From the NCBI GenBank assembly GCA_964016885.1, contig OZ024742.1, forward strand, positions 183,024,001 to 183,088,000: DNA of 64,000 bases, read 5' to 3'. Both the position numbers and the translations under genes were made by a program. The notes under the pieces were generated by a model. That model worked only from the letters and a program-made list of their open reading frames with translations, did no database searches and was not told where the DNA came from. The stretch is from Eledone cirrhosa. Taxonomy: Eukaryota. This document shows positions 1 to 13,727 of this stretch, in pieces. Position 1 is the stretch's first letter, and every line of letters begins with the position of its first letter.

Positions 1-84
1 TATTAACATCAGTTGTTCTACAGAGCAGTTATATAGAATTATATATATATATGTCTATTTATATATATATAAGCATATATATAT

Positions 85-193
<109 letters not shown>

Positions 194-225
194 TATATAT
201 ATATATTTATATATATATATATATA

Positions 226-415
226 TAACGAAGGAAATGTGGTAAGGAACCAGGTGGACCATAACGCACCAAAGTACTCAATACTTAGGGTAGTAGAGTG
301 GGTAATAGGAACCAGTAAGACCCCGACGGCTGAGCTCAAGCCGTTTCGACGGCTAATTCTGTGAATTAGCCGTCGAAACCGCTTGAGCTCAGCCGTCGGA
401 GTCTTACTGGTTCCT
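226..415 (-). mobile_element. Family-1 short fold-back element in (TA)n
   Basis: AACGAAGGAAATGTGGTAAGGAACCAGGTGGACC start plus a terminal hairpin of about 55-bp arms; homologues at 3900, 17470, 22015, 39295, 43657, 53510, 54222, 61760. Confidence 0.85.
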
Positions 416-482
416 ATATATATATATACATATATATATACATAAAAACGCATATATGCACATATATTTATATATATATATA

Positions 483-680
483 TTGAAGTTGTTGGTTCAC
501 CACGGGATAGAACGTTTCATTGTGTGTAGTTAACCATGATATAATAGAAGAAATGCACTCGACGTTACGCAAATCAATCTCATTTGATGTAAGATTCTGT
601 TGGTGGTACGTGGACGGGGTTAAACATTATTGAATAAAGCGAGCCTGGAAAGTTAAAATACCTTTAAAATTTTTATTTTT
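483..680. repeat. TA-flanked interspersed repeat, diverged relative of 60905-61110
   Basis: Shares GCAC(T/C)CGACGTTA(C/T)GCAA..TTTGATGT and collinear flanks with the 60905 copy. Confidence 0.5.
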
Positions 681-1253
<573 letters not shown>

Positions 1254-1548
1254 AGTGTAACTTGGAGTTATATATATATATAGGGGATAACAAGTTATCG
1301 TTTTAGGTAATCAGTTAGAGGTTGTGAGTACTCTGTACTATGGATAGTTTTAACGTACGGAGTTGTTTGACTCAACAAGAGGTTTCCTTAGTTAGGTAGC
1401 GAGTTTCGAGAATTCCCATGCAGGTCATTCTTGGAGTAATAGTAGTGAAAGAGTGAAGAATAACATGGGCGGCTGTACAAAAAGGGTTTTATTTACAGTA
1501 TTAATAATTGTTTCAGTGATCAGGTGAGTTTAAAGGCCGGTTACTCCA

Positions 1549-1620
<72 letters not shown>

Positions 1621-1667
1621 TGGAGTAACTGGACTTAATATATATATATATATATATACATATATAT

Positions 1668-1727
<60 letters not shown>

Positions 1728-1732
1728 AGGGA

Positions 1733-1807
1733 GGTCCGACGTACTTTTGATTCCAGAGTCGGGCCAGATCGAAACTTGAGCTGATCAATAGTGAAACCCG
1801 CGTTACA
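1733..1807 (+). ncRNA. Degenerate type I HHR, long-stem-II family
   Basis: GGT CCGACGT ACTtTTGAT..ATCAAtAGT GAAA cccgcg TT; homologous to the intact copies at 28783 and 47487, but core mutated. Confidence 0.45.
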
Positions 1808-2271
1808 AATCAATAAACGTAATGAATGTCCTTCTATTATTATTATTAGTGCAGGGTGGTTCAGGATTGGTGGGGTACCCGAGTCACCCCAGAGTCGTCC
1901 AGCACCTATCAGGGAATTTATTTTGTTATATTTATGCATAGTTTATTTTATACTTTTATATCTTCATTGTTAAATTAGTCTTGCCATTGTGCACTTTTAC
2001 TCTACATTATTGTAAACCCCCATTGTCCCTGTCTTTGTATTGTCCCCTACATGTCGGCCCTTGTGGCTAATAAATGAAATCATTATTATTATTATGATTA
2101 TTATTATAATTATTATATATATACACACATACGTATATACATACGTATATGCATAGGCACATGTACCTATGCATATATACATATAGGCATACATATATAT
2201 ATATGTGTACATGTACATATATATATATAAACATATATATTTACATATATATACATTTATATACAAAAATC

Positions 2272-2302
<31 letters not shown>

Positions 2303-2423
2303 GTATACACACACATATTTGCTTATATCTCTCTATATAAATGTATGCGAATATATAAGTATATATATATATATATTTTGTTGTTTCTGTTTACCTGTTA
2401 CATACACACACACATATATATAT

Positions 2424-2702
<279 letters not shown>

Positions 2703-2991
2703 ATATATTTATACACACACACACACACACACACCGTTGACTCTCGGTTCTTTGACAAGATTTACTTTTTTTCCTATGGGGTGTCCAAAATTAACCGTCC
2801 TTGCTATATATATATATAGTGGACGTAAATCACCGTATTATTTCTGTGATCTCCGACCATGACCCAATGACTCAATGAGATAATATTCTTGCAGATCTAA
2901 AACTGCATCTTAAAATACAGGGGGCACTCATAACAATGAGTTATAGTGATATATTTTCCATTTATTACTATTATAAATATATATATATACG

Positions 2992-3022
<31 letters not shown>

Positions 3023-3064
3023 CTTTATATATACATATGGATTTATATATATATATATATATGG

Positions 3065-3108
<44 letters not shown>

Positions 3109-3110
3109 GG

Positions 3111-3155
<45 letters not shown>

Positions 3156-3177
3156 TATATATATACATATATATATC

Positions 3178-3208
<31 letters not shown>

Positions 3209-3237
3209 GTATATATAAATATGTATATATATATATA

Positions 3238-3330
<93 letters not shown>

Positions 3331-3336
<6 letters not shown>

Positions 3337-3481
3337 ATACTTTGGGAGGGTCATGTTGCCAATAAGAAACACACGCACCAGTTGCTTTCACTTCAATTTA
3401 TTATATATTTATAAATTTATACAATATCGGTTTCAACACACGATTTCAGATAAAGAATCTTGCTAAACAAATTCAGAAACG

Positions 3482-3485
<4 letters not shown>
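3331..3485. mobile_element. Termini-only derivative of the Neptune-like PLE
   Basis: Matches 50207-50290 joined to 52953-53017; TA-flanked. Confidence 0.85.
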
Positions 3486-3547
<62 letters not shown>

Positions 3548-3569
3548 CCATATGTATATATAAAGATAC

Positions 3570-3620
3570 ATGTGCCCCACCATGGCCTCAGTCGGATGGC
3601 TGAAACAGGTAAAAGAGTAA
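3570..3620 (+). mobile_element. CR1/L2-like LINE 3' tail fragment
   Basis: GTGCCCCACCATGGCCTCAGTCGGATGG..GGTAAAAGAGTA matches 14920-14975. Confidence 0.7.
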
Positions 3621-3686
3621 ATGAGATATATATACATACATATATAAATATATAAATATATATACGTGTGTCTATTCATGTATAGT

Positions 3687-3742
<56 letters not shown>

Positions 3743-3862
3743 CTCTGTGTGTGTATTTTAATTTGCTCGCATGACTAGACATATTTTCTTTCTCTGTTTT
3801 AGATAGTATATGCTATATTTTTTTGTTTTCACTTTTGGCATTAGACGAACATAAACTACACT

Positions 3863-3899
<37 letters not shown>

Positions 3900-3900
<1 letters not shown>

Positions 3901-4071
3901 ACGAAGGAAATGTGGTAAGGAACCAGGTGGACCATAACGCACCAAAGTACTCAATACTTAGGGTAATAGGAACGAGTAGGACCCCGACGGCTGAGCTCAA
4001 GCTGTTTCGACGGCTAATTCAGAATTAGCCGTCGAAACGGCTTGAGCTCAGCCGTCGGGGTCCTACTCGTT

Positions 4072-4075
<4 letters not shown>
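3900..4075 (-). mobile_element. Family-1 fold-back element
   Basis: Near-identical to 226-415 with an internal deletion; terminal hairpin. Confidence 0.85.
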
Positions 4076-4123
<48 letters not shown>

Positions 4124-4124
4124 C

Positions 4125-4223
4125 GATAATCAGCATGATTACTGATAAAGGACATTTAATCTCTTGGTCTATTTTTATTCATATGTTCATGTTCGCAACA
4201 ACGCAGCACGCCATTTTTCATTC

Positions 4224-4226
<3 letters not shown>
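4125..4226 (+). mobile_element. 3' fragment of the permuted-HHR family
   Basis: ATTA CTGATAA AGGAC and GCAACAACGCAGCACGCCATTTTTCATT tail shared with 16425-17445 and 23615-23762. Confidence 0.6.
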
Positions 4227-4269
<43 letters not shown>

Positions 4270-4925
4270 GAAAAATAATAAGCAAAACGCAGAAGACAAT
4301 TATATATATATGTTAAACATTGATGTATTGAGAAAAAGAATAGTATCAACTAATGAATTAATTCAAAGTTTTTTATGATCGTTTCACGGAGCAGAATTAC
4401 CGACGTGTAAACAAGCCAGCCTCGAAAACCACATTAATTCCCGTGTCTATCATCGGAAATGATATATACAATATACACACACACATATCTATATATATAT
4501 ATGTGTGTGTGTATTATACATTATATTATGTAAATAATGTCAGATAATCTGAGGTTATATTGTATATTATATTATATTATTATATTACATTATACTTTTT
4601 TTTTTGTACCTCCATTCACGTTGATCTGCTTAAATCTCAAACTGCAATGAGAAAAATGTGTTTTACTCTGGAATAGCAGTTCGGCATCGCTTTGAATTCG
4701 CCTGCATTTGATAGATTTTTCAACAGGAGAAATCTCTCCTATAAATTAAACTACTTCTTTTGGCATGGATTTCTAGTCTAACGATCAATAAAATGGAGCC
4801 GCCTGCTATATAATTCATGCCTTAATTAGAAATAAATTGCCTTCTACTCAGTATTCTGGCTCTTTGTTCAATTTATGACAGCAACACATTTACTTTCCTT
4901 CTGTCCCTGTTTATAATCATACAAT

Positions 4926-4933
4926 TCTCTCTC

Positions 4934-5010
<77 letters not shown>

Positions 5011-5022
5011 CTCTCTCTCTCT
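4926..5022. repeat. (CT)n microsatellite
   Basis: Direct repeat. Confidence 0.95.
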
Positions 5023-5173
5023 TGGTATGTGCATGCTTCTAATGTAGAATGTTACGGAATGTGAACGGAATATTACACTACTCGTATGTTGCCATGCAAT
5101 TTATGTATTGTTTTAATATTAATAATGTTTAATAATATACTATATTCTATTAATGGTTTCTAAAATGTGTTCT

Positions 5174-5268
5174 AATAATTGTTTCTACTTTTGGCACAAG
5201 CCCAGCAATTACCCCAGTGCATTACTGGTGCTTTATTTTATCGACCCCATAAGGATAAAAGGCAACTA
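5174..5268 (-). mobile_element. tRNA-derived SINE type A, 3' part
   Basis: Reverse complement of the SINE A core GCCTTTCATCC..GGGGTCGATAAAATAAAGTACCAG and its tail. Confidence 0.75.
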
Positions 5269-5654
5269 ATAATGAATTCTAATTTAGGCACAAGGTCCAC
5301 ATTTTTAGAAGAAATTGAATTACAAACACCATTCATTTTTTCCAGCTTAGGGAGCTGGAGTAACGTAAAATACAGTATCTTCCTCGGGACACAATGTACT
5401 GTGGGAAATCGAATTCACAACGATACGATCTTGGGCTGAACATCACTAACTACTAAGTTACATGTTTTCACTTAGACCGTACAGGAATGTAACTAGATAC
5501 ACCAAAATAATATATACGAATCGTTACCATTTCTACTACTCAATTGACCATGTCATTTTCTCAGAATTTTAAACCTGGCAGAGCCCATCCCCTGCTGATT
5601 TGAATACAGTTGGTTTCTTCAAAAGAAAGAAAGAAAAGAGAGAGAGAGAGAGAA

Positions 5655-5805
5655 TCGATCCCAGTATTGGACAACTAATTATCGAATTCTAAAAGATGAA
5701 AAGCAAAGCTGACCTCACACGATTTGAACTCAGAGCGCAGTTAGCCGGAACAAATACTAAGACATTCGCATTCCAACGCCTTAACCACTCTGCCAATTCG
5801 CAGCC
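5655..5805 (-). mobile_element. tRNA-derived SINE type A, degenerate
   Basis: GATTTGAACTCAGA (B-box reverse complement) and core similarity. Confidence 0.6.
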
Positions 5806-5976
5806 TTTTATAACATACCATCAGGGTTAAATTTTATTGAGGATCAATTCTTCGACAGCATGCTTTATTTATCGCGTGATCATCGTGACCGGAGAGCAAT
5901 TGATACGATGAGAGAGTAATCTCAGCGTATGTGTGAGTAGGTGTACGCATGTCTGTATGTATACACACACACACAC

Positions 5977-6066
<90 letters not shown>

Positions 6067-6069
<3 letters not shown>

Positions 6070-7265
6070 AGTTCTTCAAACAGCCGCCTGATCTCCCCAG
6101 TGCTCTGGGCTGTGGAGGGCGGCTCTCCTAGTAGGGTCCTAAAATGGTCTAGCCATTTCCTCTTCCTATCCTCGGGCCCTATTCCCTGGTTCTGACTTGA
6201 ACACCTTCTCTTCCTCCCTGTGATCTCCTTGATGATCATCCAGCTCTCCTTACATCCAGACCTGTCAACCGCTCTCTCCACACTTCTGATCTTCTCTATC
6301 AGTGCCTCCTCTCTGGCCTCAGTGTAAGCGGTACAGAGTTATTTGAGATACTGGCTGGAGTGCTCCAGGGAGATACATTGGCTCCCTACCTTTTTATCAT
6401 CGTAGTGGCCTATTGTATACGCCTTGCACTGGAGAAACACCAGGACTCTGGCTTTACTGTAGCACCGGCTCAGAGCAGGAGAGTTAAGGCAAAAAAGATA
6501 TCGGATGCTGAATTTGCCGACAACATAGTTTTGGTGACAAATACAGTGAAGGAGGCAGAGGATTTGATGCAGGAGGTTGACAGTGTGTCGATGAGTGTGG
6601 GGCTGAGAATGAATGAGACTAAAACAAAATATCTGTAGAGAAAGTTGAGAAGCCAGAGGAGATTAGTAATGTAGGCGGGAAGCCGCTAGAATTGGTTGAG
6701 GACTTCCTGTATTTGGGAGCAAAGATTGGGAAAACGGAAGATGATGTGGTTGAGAGGAAGAGCAAAGCCTGGGCGGCGTGTCACAGCTTGAGATCGGTGT
6801 GGAAATCGGACCTTCGTAAAGATCTGAAAATCCGCATCTTCATTGCTGTGGTGGAGTCTGTGTTGCTGTACGGATCTGAGACTTGGACACTGACCAAGAA
6901 ACTCACTCAGATGGTGGATGGGTGCTACACAAGAATGCTGAGGATGGCTCTGAACATTAATCAGTATACACTGAGCTGTATGGGAGCCTCCCAAAAGTCA
7001 GATCAAAAGTGACACAGAGGAGACTGAGGTTAGCTGGACATGCTCACCGACATCCAGAGTTGACATTGCACACAGTGCTCCTGTGGAAGCCCCTACATGG
7101 ACACACTGGAAGAGGAAGACCAAGGTTAACGTATGTTGATGCCTACGGACAGACACTGGTCTGTTGGAGACGCAGGACATGGCAGCGATAATGAGGGACA
7201 GAGACCGCTGGAGAGAACTCGTCCATGGATCTCGGGAATTTTACCCGCCCTAGAATAGAATAGAA
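6067..7265 (+). mobile_element. 5'-truncated RTE/RTE-X-like LINE with inverted 5' segment (6067-6335 on minus); RT pseudogene
   Basis: GVLQGDTLAPYLF, FADNI, FLYLG, ESVLLYGSETW, GRPRLTY motifs with stops and frameshifts; (TAGAA)3 tail. Confidence 0.9.
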
Positions 7266-7419
7266 TATATATATATATATATATATATATAAGCAAAAGG
7301 GATATTTAATGTGCTGGTAATTCAACAAATATAAATGTTTATAACTGATTGAAAGCATTCGACAGCAAAAACTTAAACCGTTAAGATCTTCTTCCTGGTT
7401 ATGTCAATATTTATAAAAC

Positions 7420-7522
7420 AAACTTTGTATTGTTTTTGGTATAAGTTTTGGTATCCTTGAAATATATATAATAGAATAAATATGGTTTTATAAATATAGT
7501 TTCCATTTATTTAATATCATTG
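7420..7522 (+). mobile_element. Family-3 element, 5'-truncated (HHR 3' half only)
   Basis: CCTTGAAATATATATAATAGAATAAATATGG matches 12880-12945 and the reverse complement of 42808-42875. Confidence 0.7.
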
Positions 7523-7624
7523 TATATATATATATATGTCTTTATTTTCGATTTTTTTTTTTTTTTGTCTTTACTGGACCTTTTATCTGTTTATCCATTG
7601 TGATTCTGCCTCTATTTTGTACTC

Positions 7625-7652
7625 CTGAAGAACGGCTTAAGCCCGACACGTC
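7625..7652 (+). ncRNA. Degenerate minimal HHR-like motif
   Basis: CTGAAGA ac GGC ttaa GCC c GACA CG TC; GAAA mutated and stem I not evident. Confidence 0.3.
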
Positions 7653-7828
7653 AAACTGCCTTTACTCTTTCAATATAAAGCGTGAAACTAATAAGACTTT
7701 TTGTACCTGTTTGTTGTCTCCATGAACTATATATAGGCATCTAATATATTATATCATAGTTCTTTCTCTTCTTTTCTTATGATATATGTCTCTTTCTTCT
7801 ATACACACACACACGCGCACGCACACAC

Positions 7829-7881
<53 letters not shown>

Positions 7882-7888
<7 letters not shown>

Positions 7889-8085
7889 GTGAGGTTTTTT
7901 TTACAAAATGAAAAATAACCGAGGTGTCCCACACGAGTGAAAGTATAAAGAAAAAAAGATGAAATCGAAAATGCAACTGGAGTCTTATTTTTTTTTAAAT
8001 ATATATATTTATTTGGTTCCTTTACCGGTTTCGCACTTCTTCTGCTTTTCAAAAGTAGAGTTGGCATGGAGGGTCTGTGGTTTTT
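7882..8085 (-). mobile_element. Family-4 TA-anchored short element
   Basis: Near-identical to 36881-37090. Confidence 0.8.
8020..8055 (-). ncRNA. Minimal type I HHR, U3-A8 variant
   Basis: Minus: CTT TTGAAAA GCA gaagaag TGC GAAA CCGG TA AAG; palindromic stem III. Confidence 0.65.
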
Positions 8086-8104
8086 CTCACATCTCTCTAT
8101 AGAG

Positions 8105-8400
8105 ACAGAATATATAGAGAGAATATTGTAGATCTGTGTGGGTGAGATGTGGGTGTGTGCAAAATATTGTAGATCTGTGTGGATAAGATGAGTGTGTGTA
8201 AAATATTGTAGATATGCGTATGTGAGAGGTGGATGGGTGTAAAATATTATAGATCTGAGTGGGTGAGAGGTAAGTGTATGTGAAACATTGTAGATTTGAA
8301 TGGGTGAGACGTGGTTGAGATGTGAAACAGAGATTGTACATTTGAGTGGGTGAGATGTGGGTAAGATGTGAAACAGAGATTGTACATTTCAGTGAGTGAG
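8105..8400. repeat. Degenerate minisatellite, unit about 38-41 bp
   Basis: About 7 copies of AATATTGTAGATCTGTGTGGGTGAGATGTGG. Confidence 0.85.
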
Positions 8401-9806
8401 GCATGTAACACGGACCGTGGCTTTTCTGGTGCAGAAAACATCACGGTTTGTGTGGAAGTTGATGTGGACACTTTCCAGAGAACAACTGAAATGGGTCGAT
8501 AAAACAACTGGAATTTCAGTGTCAGTATGTAAAGAATGTTACATGGTTGTGTTTGGTAAAAAATAAAATAGTGTTTGAGAGTTTTCTTTTTATTTGCATT
8601 TGTTTGTTGTTTTTGTTTTGTTGTTTTTTTTGTTTTTTTTTACAGTGCAAATATTGAAAGCTAAGGAAATGTTTTCAAATGCCTTGACTTGGAAATGTTA
8701 AAGTCGACACAATGAATTATCGATCCAAATCCATTAACCCTATATCCATCAGCTGTTTGTCATATCTAATGTTACACTTTAGTTCTGAAACAACTTGGCT
8801 CAAAATTCTATGTAAACTCTATTTATTTTAATCTTGCTGTTTTAGCAATGAAACAAAATACTTGCTGTTGACACCTAAGAGGAAAGTAATCCACTGGATT
8901 TATTGTTGACAAGATTATTACGATTTACACAGATTAGTGACAGCAATGTACGGCAGAATCAATAGAGCGACTGATATAGGAACTTGAAGTATTTATTTAC
9001 GTTTATTTGTATTCTAAATTCAAATCCTTTATCCTTGTAGAGTTGATAAAATAAACTAGCAGTCAAGTGGCTGTTGTTTATATTCACTGTACTTGACTGT
9101 ATACCCCTCTGCTCATCAAATAAAAGAATATATCCTCTTTCCTATATATCTATATCTGACCATTCTCAGTCAACCCAACTTGAAAGTGATTACGCTACAC
9201 TGAGGAGATCTAATACGATCAAAACATGTCCGCTGCTTTCACAAAATTTGGTTATAGACAAGGTCCACCCCCATCGTATTGTCTTAACTCACTCCATAAA
9301 GCCTGAGCTATTATATATTTATTAGACTATCCTCAGTCAGGCCAATTTACAAAGTATTTTATGACATTGAAACACGTCCATTGCTTTCATCAAGTTGGCT
9401 TATAGGCATGATCCACTCCCACTCTCTTGTTTGAAAAAAAGCTTAAATCAGACTGGGTTGGAAGTTATCTCCTCCGTTTGCTTTCTAAGACATTAACACC
9501 CATAAAGGAAGTTTCGGACTTCAAAATACAAGGATAGTCTCGGTTAATTTGAAGCTTTTCTCCCACCGATTTTATGCAGAGCGTTCCCAATGGGTATTTT
9601 CACCTGACTCTTTATTGGTATGTATAAAAAGAGGAAAGGAACCGATTGCTGATACTATTTACCGATTACAACTCTTGATGGAAGGGACGGCGTGAAATGT
9701 TTTACTCAAGAATACAACGCGCCACCTAATCCCAAATCAAACCTTATGATCGTAAGTCTAGCACCCTTACTCATACGCCAAACACAGACATACAAACATA
9801 CATATT

Positions 9807-9883
<77 letters not shown>

Positions 9884-11392
9884 GTTTTGCACCTTCGTCG
9901 CTTTCAAAGATGAATATTCCAGTTGTTTGATTAGTATTTCGCTGAAACGTGTACCCTTAAGGCAGTCCTTAAAGACATTCGGAATGACAGAGTAGTCATT
10001 TCAAACACAATTATAACTAAATGAAAAAAAAAACTATGTTCTCTCTGGTCGAGACAAAGTGAGTGTGTATTTAAATACATATTCATGGATTGTCTCTCTG
10101 TTGACCACTTGCCGCTGGTCTCTGTCATCTGAGGCATTTTTGCCCATTGCTGTTTTTGACAGCATTTAGCAGTTTTAACGGCTGTTCTGGCGATGAGATT
10201 TATATGTATTACAATTACAACTCATTTTTGCCATCTGAGTGAACTGGAGAAATGTGTGATAAAGTATCATGCACAAGGACTCAACGCACCACCCAGAATC
10301 AAACTTACCACCGAACTGAACACACTAACCACGAACTTACGCATCTTCACTATTTGTAAGAAAAACGTATCGTAGTAAAGTTGTGACCAGTCGAGAGAAA
10401 CAATCAACCATAATAATATGACATGTGTGTTGTGTGTGTGTATACTGAAACGAAATTATCGGATAGGACTGAAAAACCTTCGATCGTATTCCCACTCACT
10501 CAATGCTTTAATTAAGCCAGTATCATTAAGATACCAATTAAAAGGTATATATATACATATATTTAAATATATATCCAGCTCACAAGAATAATTCAAATAA
10601 ATCAGTCCTACGATTCCTTGAGAAATTAAGGGAAATATCAAAGAATATCAGAGAATGAGAATTTTAAATTTATGGTTTGATCAACGAGAAGAAATTCTAT
10701 TGTTTATATAAGGGAGTTAACCATGTCGAAATTGAGGGGGCGATATTATAATGATCTAAATAGAATTTATAAAAGAAGAGTAAATTCTTTCATAATAAAT
10801 TTCATCCTAAAAAATCCCATTCACAAACACGAAGACAACAACAACAACAACAACAACTTATTTAACACACGGCTAATTAACGCCACATACACACAGTTAG
10901 TTAATGCCATATTCATACATTCACAAGCACAAAGGTAATTAATGTCATGCACACACAAACATACGAGCCCGCACGCAAACACTGTCACACACTCACACAG
11001 ACAAGCATAAACACGCACAAGCATAGATACACACAAACAGAGCTATTTAATGTTATAGACACACGCACGCACACATGCATGCGTACATACAGCAACGCAT
11101 GCACCAACATACAAAGACAAACACAAAAAGTTATTTAATGTCAGACACATACACGCACACAACTCTGTATATATGCTGAATTACAGGCTATATATTGCTA
11201 AATTGAACGTTTAATATCGATGAAAGATAAATGAAGAAACATGGCGTCTTACCAGCTAAGTAGCGTTATACTCCTGAGAAGAATATGTTATTAGAATAAT
11301 TGAGAATAGGATCGAATTGTGTTGTTTGTGTATATATATTCATCGCAGCCCACTTCCCCCACCCACTAGTTTTATTTCAAATAGATGTGACG

Positions 11393-11437
11393 TCTACAGG
11401 ATTAGTACTGTTTCAATCTGTGGTGAAATCATCAGGA
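11393..11437 (-). ncRNA. Degenerate family-2 HHR
   Basis: Minus: TC CTGATGA ..GAAA CAG tactaatc CTG TA GA; weak stems I and II. Confidence 0.5.
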
Positions 11438-11989
11438 AAACCGTTTCCTGTTGATTTTACCGCAGACTAAAAAGGAATTTGTAATGTAGGTGTATTTCTA
11501 TTTCAAATGAAATTAAGTTGCCTCTACTTCATGAATTGAGTATCTAATTATAATTGTGTCTTCCTTATGTTCATTAAAGGATAAATATTTCACACACATA
11601 TATATTATATGTGTATGTTTATGTGCGTCTATGTGCGTGTATGTGCGTGTATGTGCGTGTATGTGTGTGTGTGGATGATATTCACACCTTCTGGTGAGGG
11701 TCCAGTTAGATCCCAAATACGATTGAAGATGTTTATCCTACTTTTTTTTTCAATTTACAGATACGTATTTTCCAGCATGTTTACATGCCTACATATTAGA
11801 TACAGACGGATGGACAGACAGGCATACAGAGGCAAGCAGGCAGACAGACAGAGAGACAGACAAAAGAAATAGTGTGGCAGTGACTTGGCTGTGTGCCTCA
11901 TATGAATAATGAATCACACAGCCGCAACTTTGAAGCCACTACCAACTATATGTGTGTGTGTGGGGTGGGGGTGGGGGGGGGGGTGTTTA

Positions 11990-12143
11990 TCCCGGGTTCA
12001 ATCGGAGGTAACCACAGTAACTAAGGTACTCAGTACATAGCAGAGTATAAATATTTAATATAGAAATTGCTTCTACAGGACTAGGACTGTTTCATTCGGG
12101 AGAAATCATCAGGAAAGCCGGACTTTCTAGTCCTGTAGAAGCC

Positions 12144-12145
<2 letters not shown>
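11990..12145 (-). mobile_element. Family-2 short element with HHR and small fold-back
   Basis: Homologous to 15950-16090 and 20785-20915. Confidence 0.8.
12069..12119 (-). ncRNA. Type I HHR (family 2)
   Basis: Minus: GGCTTTC CTGATGA tTTC tccc GAAt GAAA CAG tcctagtc CTG TA GAAGC. Confidence 0.75.
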
Positions 12146-12184
<39 letters not shown>

Positions 12185-12729
12185 ATAGAAATGGCTTCTA
12201 CGAAAATAAATGCCTGATGAGTGACATCGTATATAAATGTGATGTCGTCTCAGACATTAATGACAACAACAAAAAAAAACATGTATCAAAATGTCATCCA
12301 ACAAATTTAACACCCGGTGGTATGCCCATACCCACTCGTTCAGAAGCCAGGACAAATCCAACCAAACAACACTCACTGCCTATGTCTTGAACCTCAAGAG
12401 GAACTACACCCCTTTCACGCTCAAATAAAAACTACTCCAGAGAGCGCGCTCATACATAGGAGGACACAAATGTTACCACCTTTGTATTTCAGAGAGCTAT
12501 GAAATACTATTTGCCAAGGGTCCAACACTGAACAAACTCTCTGAACACTGCCAGAACTGCATGCACAAAAACTATGCAACATATAAGTCCTACAAACCAG
12601 TTATGCCCCCAGAACTATGCATACAATATATATATATATATGCAAAGTTTTATTTAAATTGTTGGGTTACAACGAGTAAATATTTATAACTGATATAAAA
12701 GCACTCAACAAGTATTTGGAGTATATTTA

Positions 12730-12945
12730 CGATATTAAATAAATGGAAACTATATTTATAAAACCATATTTATTTCATTATATATATTTCAGGGATATCA
12801 TATTAATAAAACCATATTATATAAGACTGTTTATATTGTATTTTGTCTGATGAAGGCATACCATATTTTTAATATGATATCCCTGAAATATATATAATGA
12901 AATAAATATGGTTTTATAAATATAGTTTCCATTTATTTAATATCG
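12730..12945 (+). mobile_element. Family-3 fold-back element
   Basis: Inverted arms of about 75 bp (12730-12805 and 12870-12945). Confidence 0.8.
12839..12904 (+). ncRNA. Type I HHR (family 3)
   Basis: TATTTTGT CTGATGA AGGcATAcCATATT ttt AATATGaTATcCCT GAAA TATATA TA ATGAAATA. Confidence 0.7.
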
Positions 12946-12959
12946 TATATATATATATA

Positions 12960-13250
12960 TATAAAGATACAAATATACACACAAATAAATGTAGAGAAAT
13001 AGGTAAAAAATAATAAGTAAAAAATAGTCACGCACATATAGGTGCACACATAACTCCAAACATAAATAAATATATACATTCATACATATAACTAATAAAA
13101 AGATAAACAAATTAAAACTGAAAGGGTCATATAGTAAAGTATTACATGTAAATATACACATACATATATACATATATATACACATACATATACACCCACA
13201 TACATATATATAAATACACCTACATCCATAAAAACCCACGCTTACAAGTA
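12960..13250 (-). repeat. Low-complexity PLE-associated segment
   Basis: Reverse complement resembles 18380-18660, which adjoins a PLE endonuclease fragment. Confidence 0.55.
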
Positions 13251-13471
13251 ATCAAAGAATTAAACATGTAATAAGCAATACAAAAATAAATAAATGCATA
13301 ACCAGCACTCCCATATATATATATATACACACAAACATACCGACATACACATATACATACGGGTATATATAGATATATACATACATATACATGCATATAT
13401 ACATATATATATGTATATATGGCACAGACACACTAGTCTGCGAAAACATATACACATATATATATATACAT

Positions 13472-13524
<53 letters not shown>

Positions 13525-13727
13525 GATACGGAGAGATCACACACATAGAGTTAAACAAGAATACAATTACATACCCAAAACTACAAATAGATACATATGT
13601 CCAGTACAGTAGAAGCTGTTTGGAGCCTGCAAAATTATAAATGAACACACGCAGATAACCACACACATAAATACATATATACAACCGCACGCAACCACAT
13701 TAAATAAATAAACATATATATATATAC

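Noticed and set aside
4372-4460. HHR-like motif on minus (CCGATGA..GAAACGATC)
   Set aside because: Core and stem III mismatched, stem I unconvincing
8105-8400. CRISPR-like periodicity
   Set aside because: No unique spacers and no cas genes; eukaryotic minisatellite
8395-8520. Possible host exon next to the minisatellite
   Set aside because: Several frames are open but there is no recognisable domain or partner exon
12214-12255. CTGATGA followed by a hairpin
   Set aside because: No GAAA or stem III
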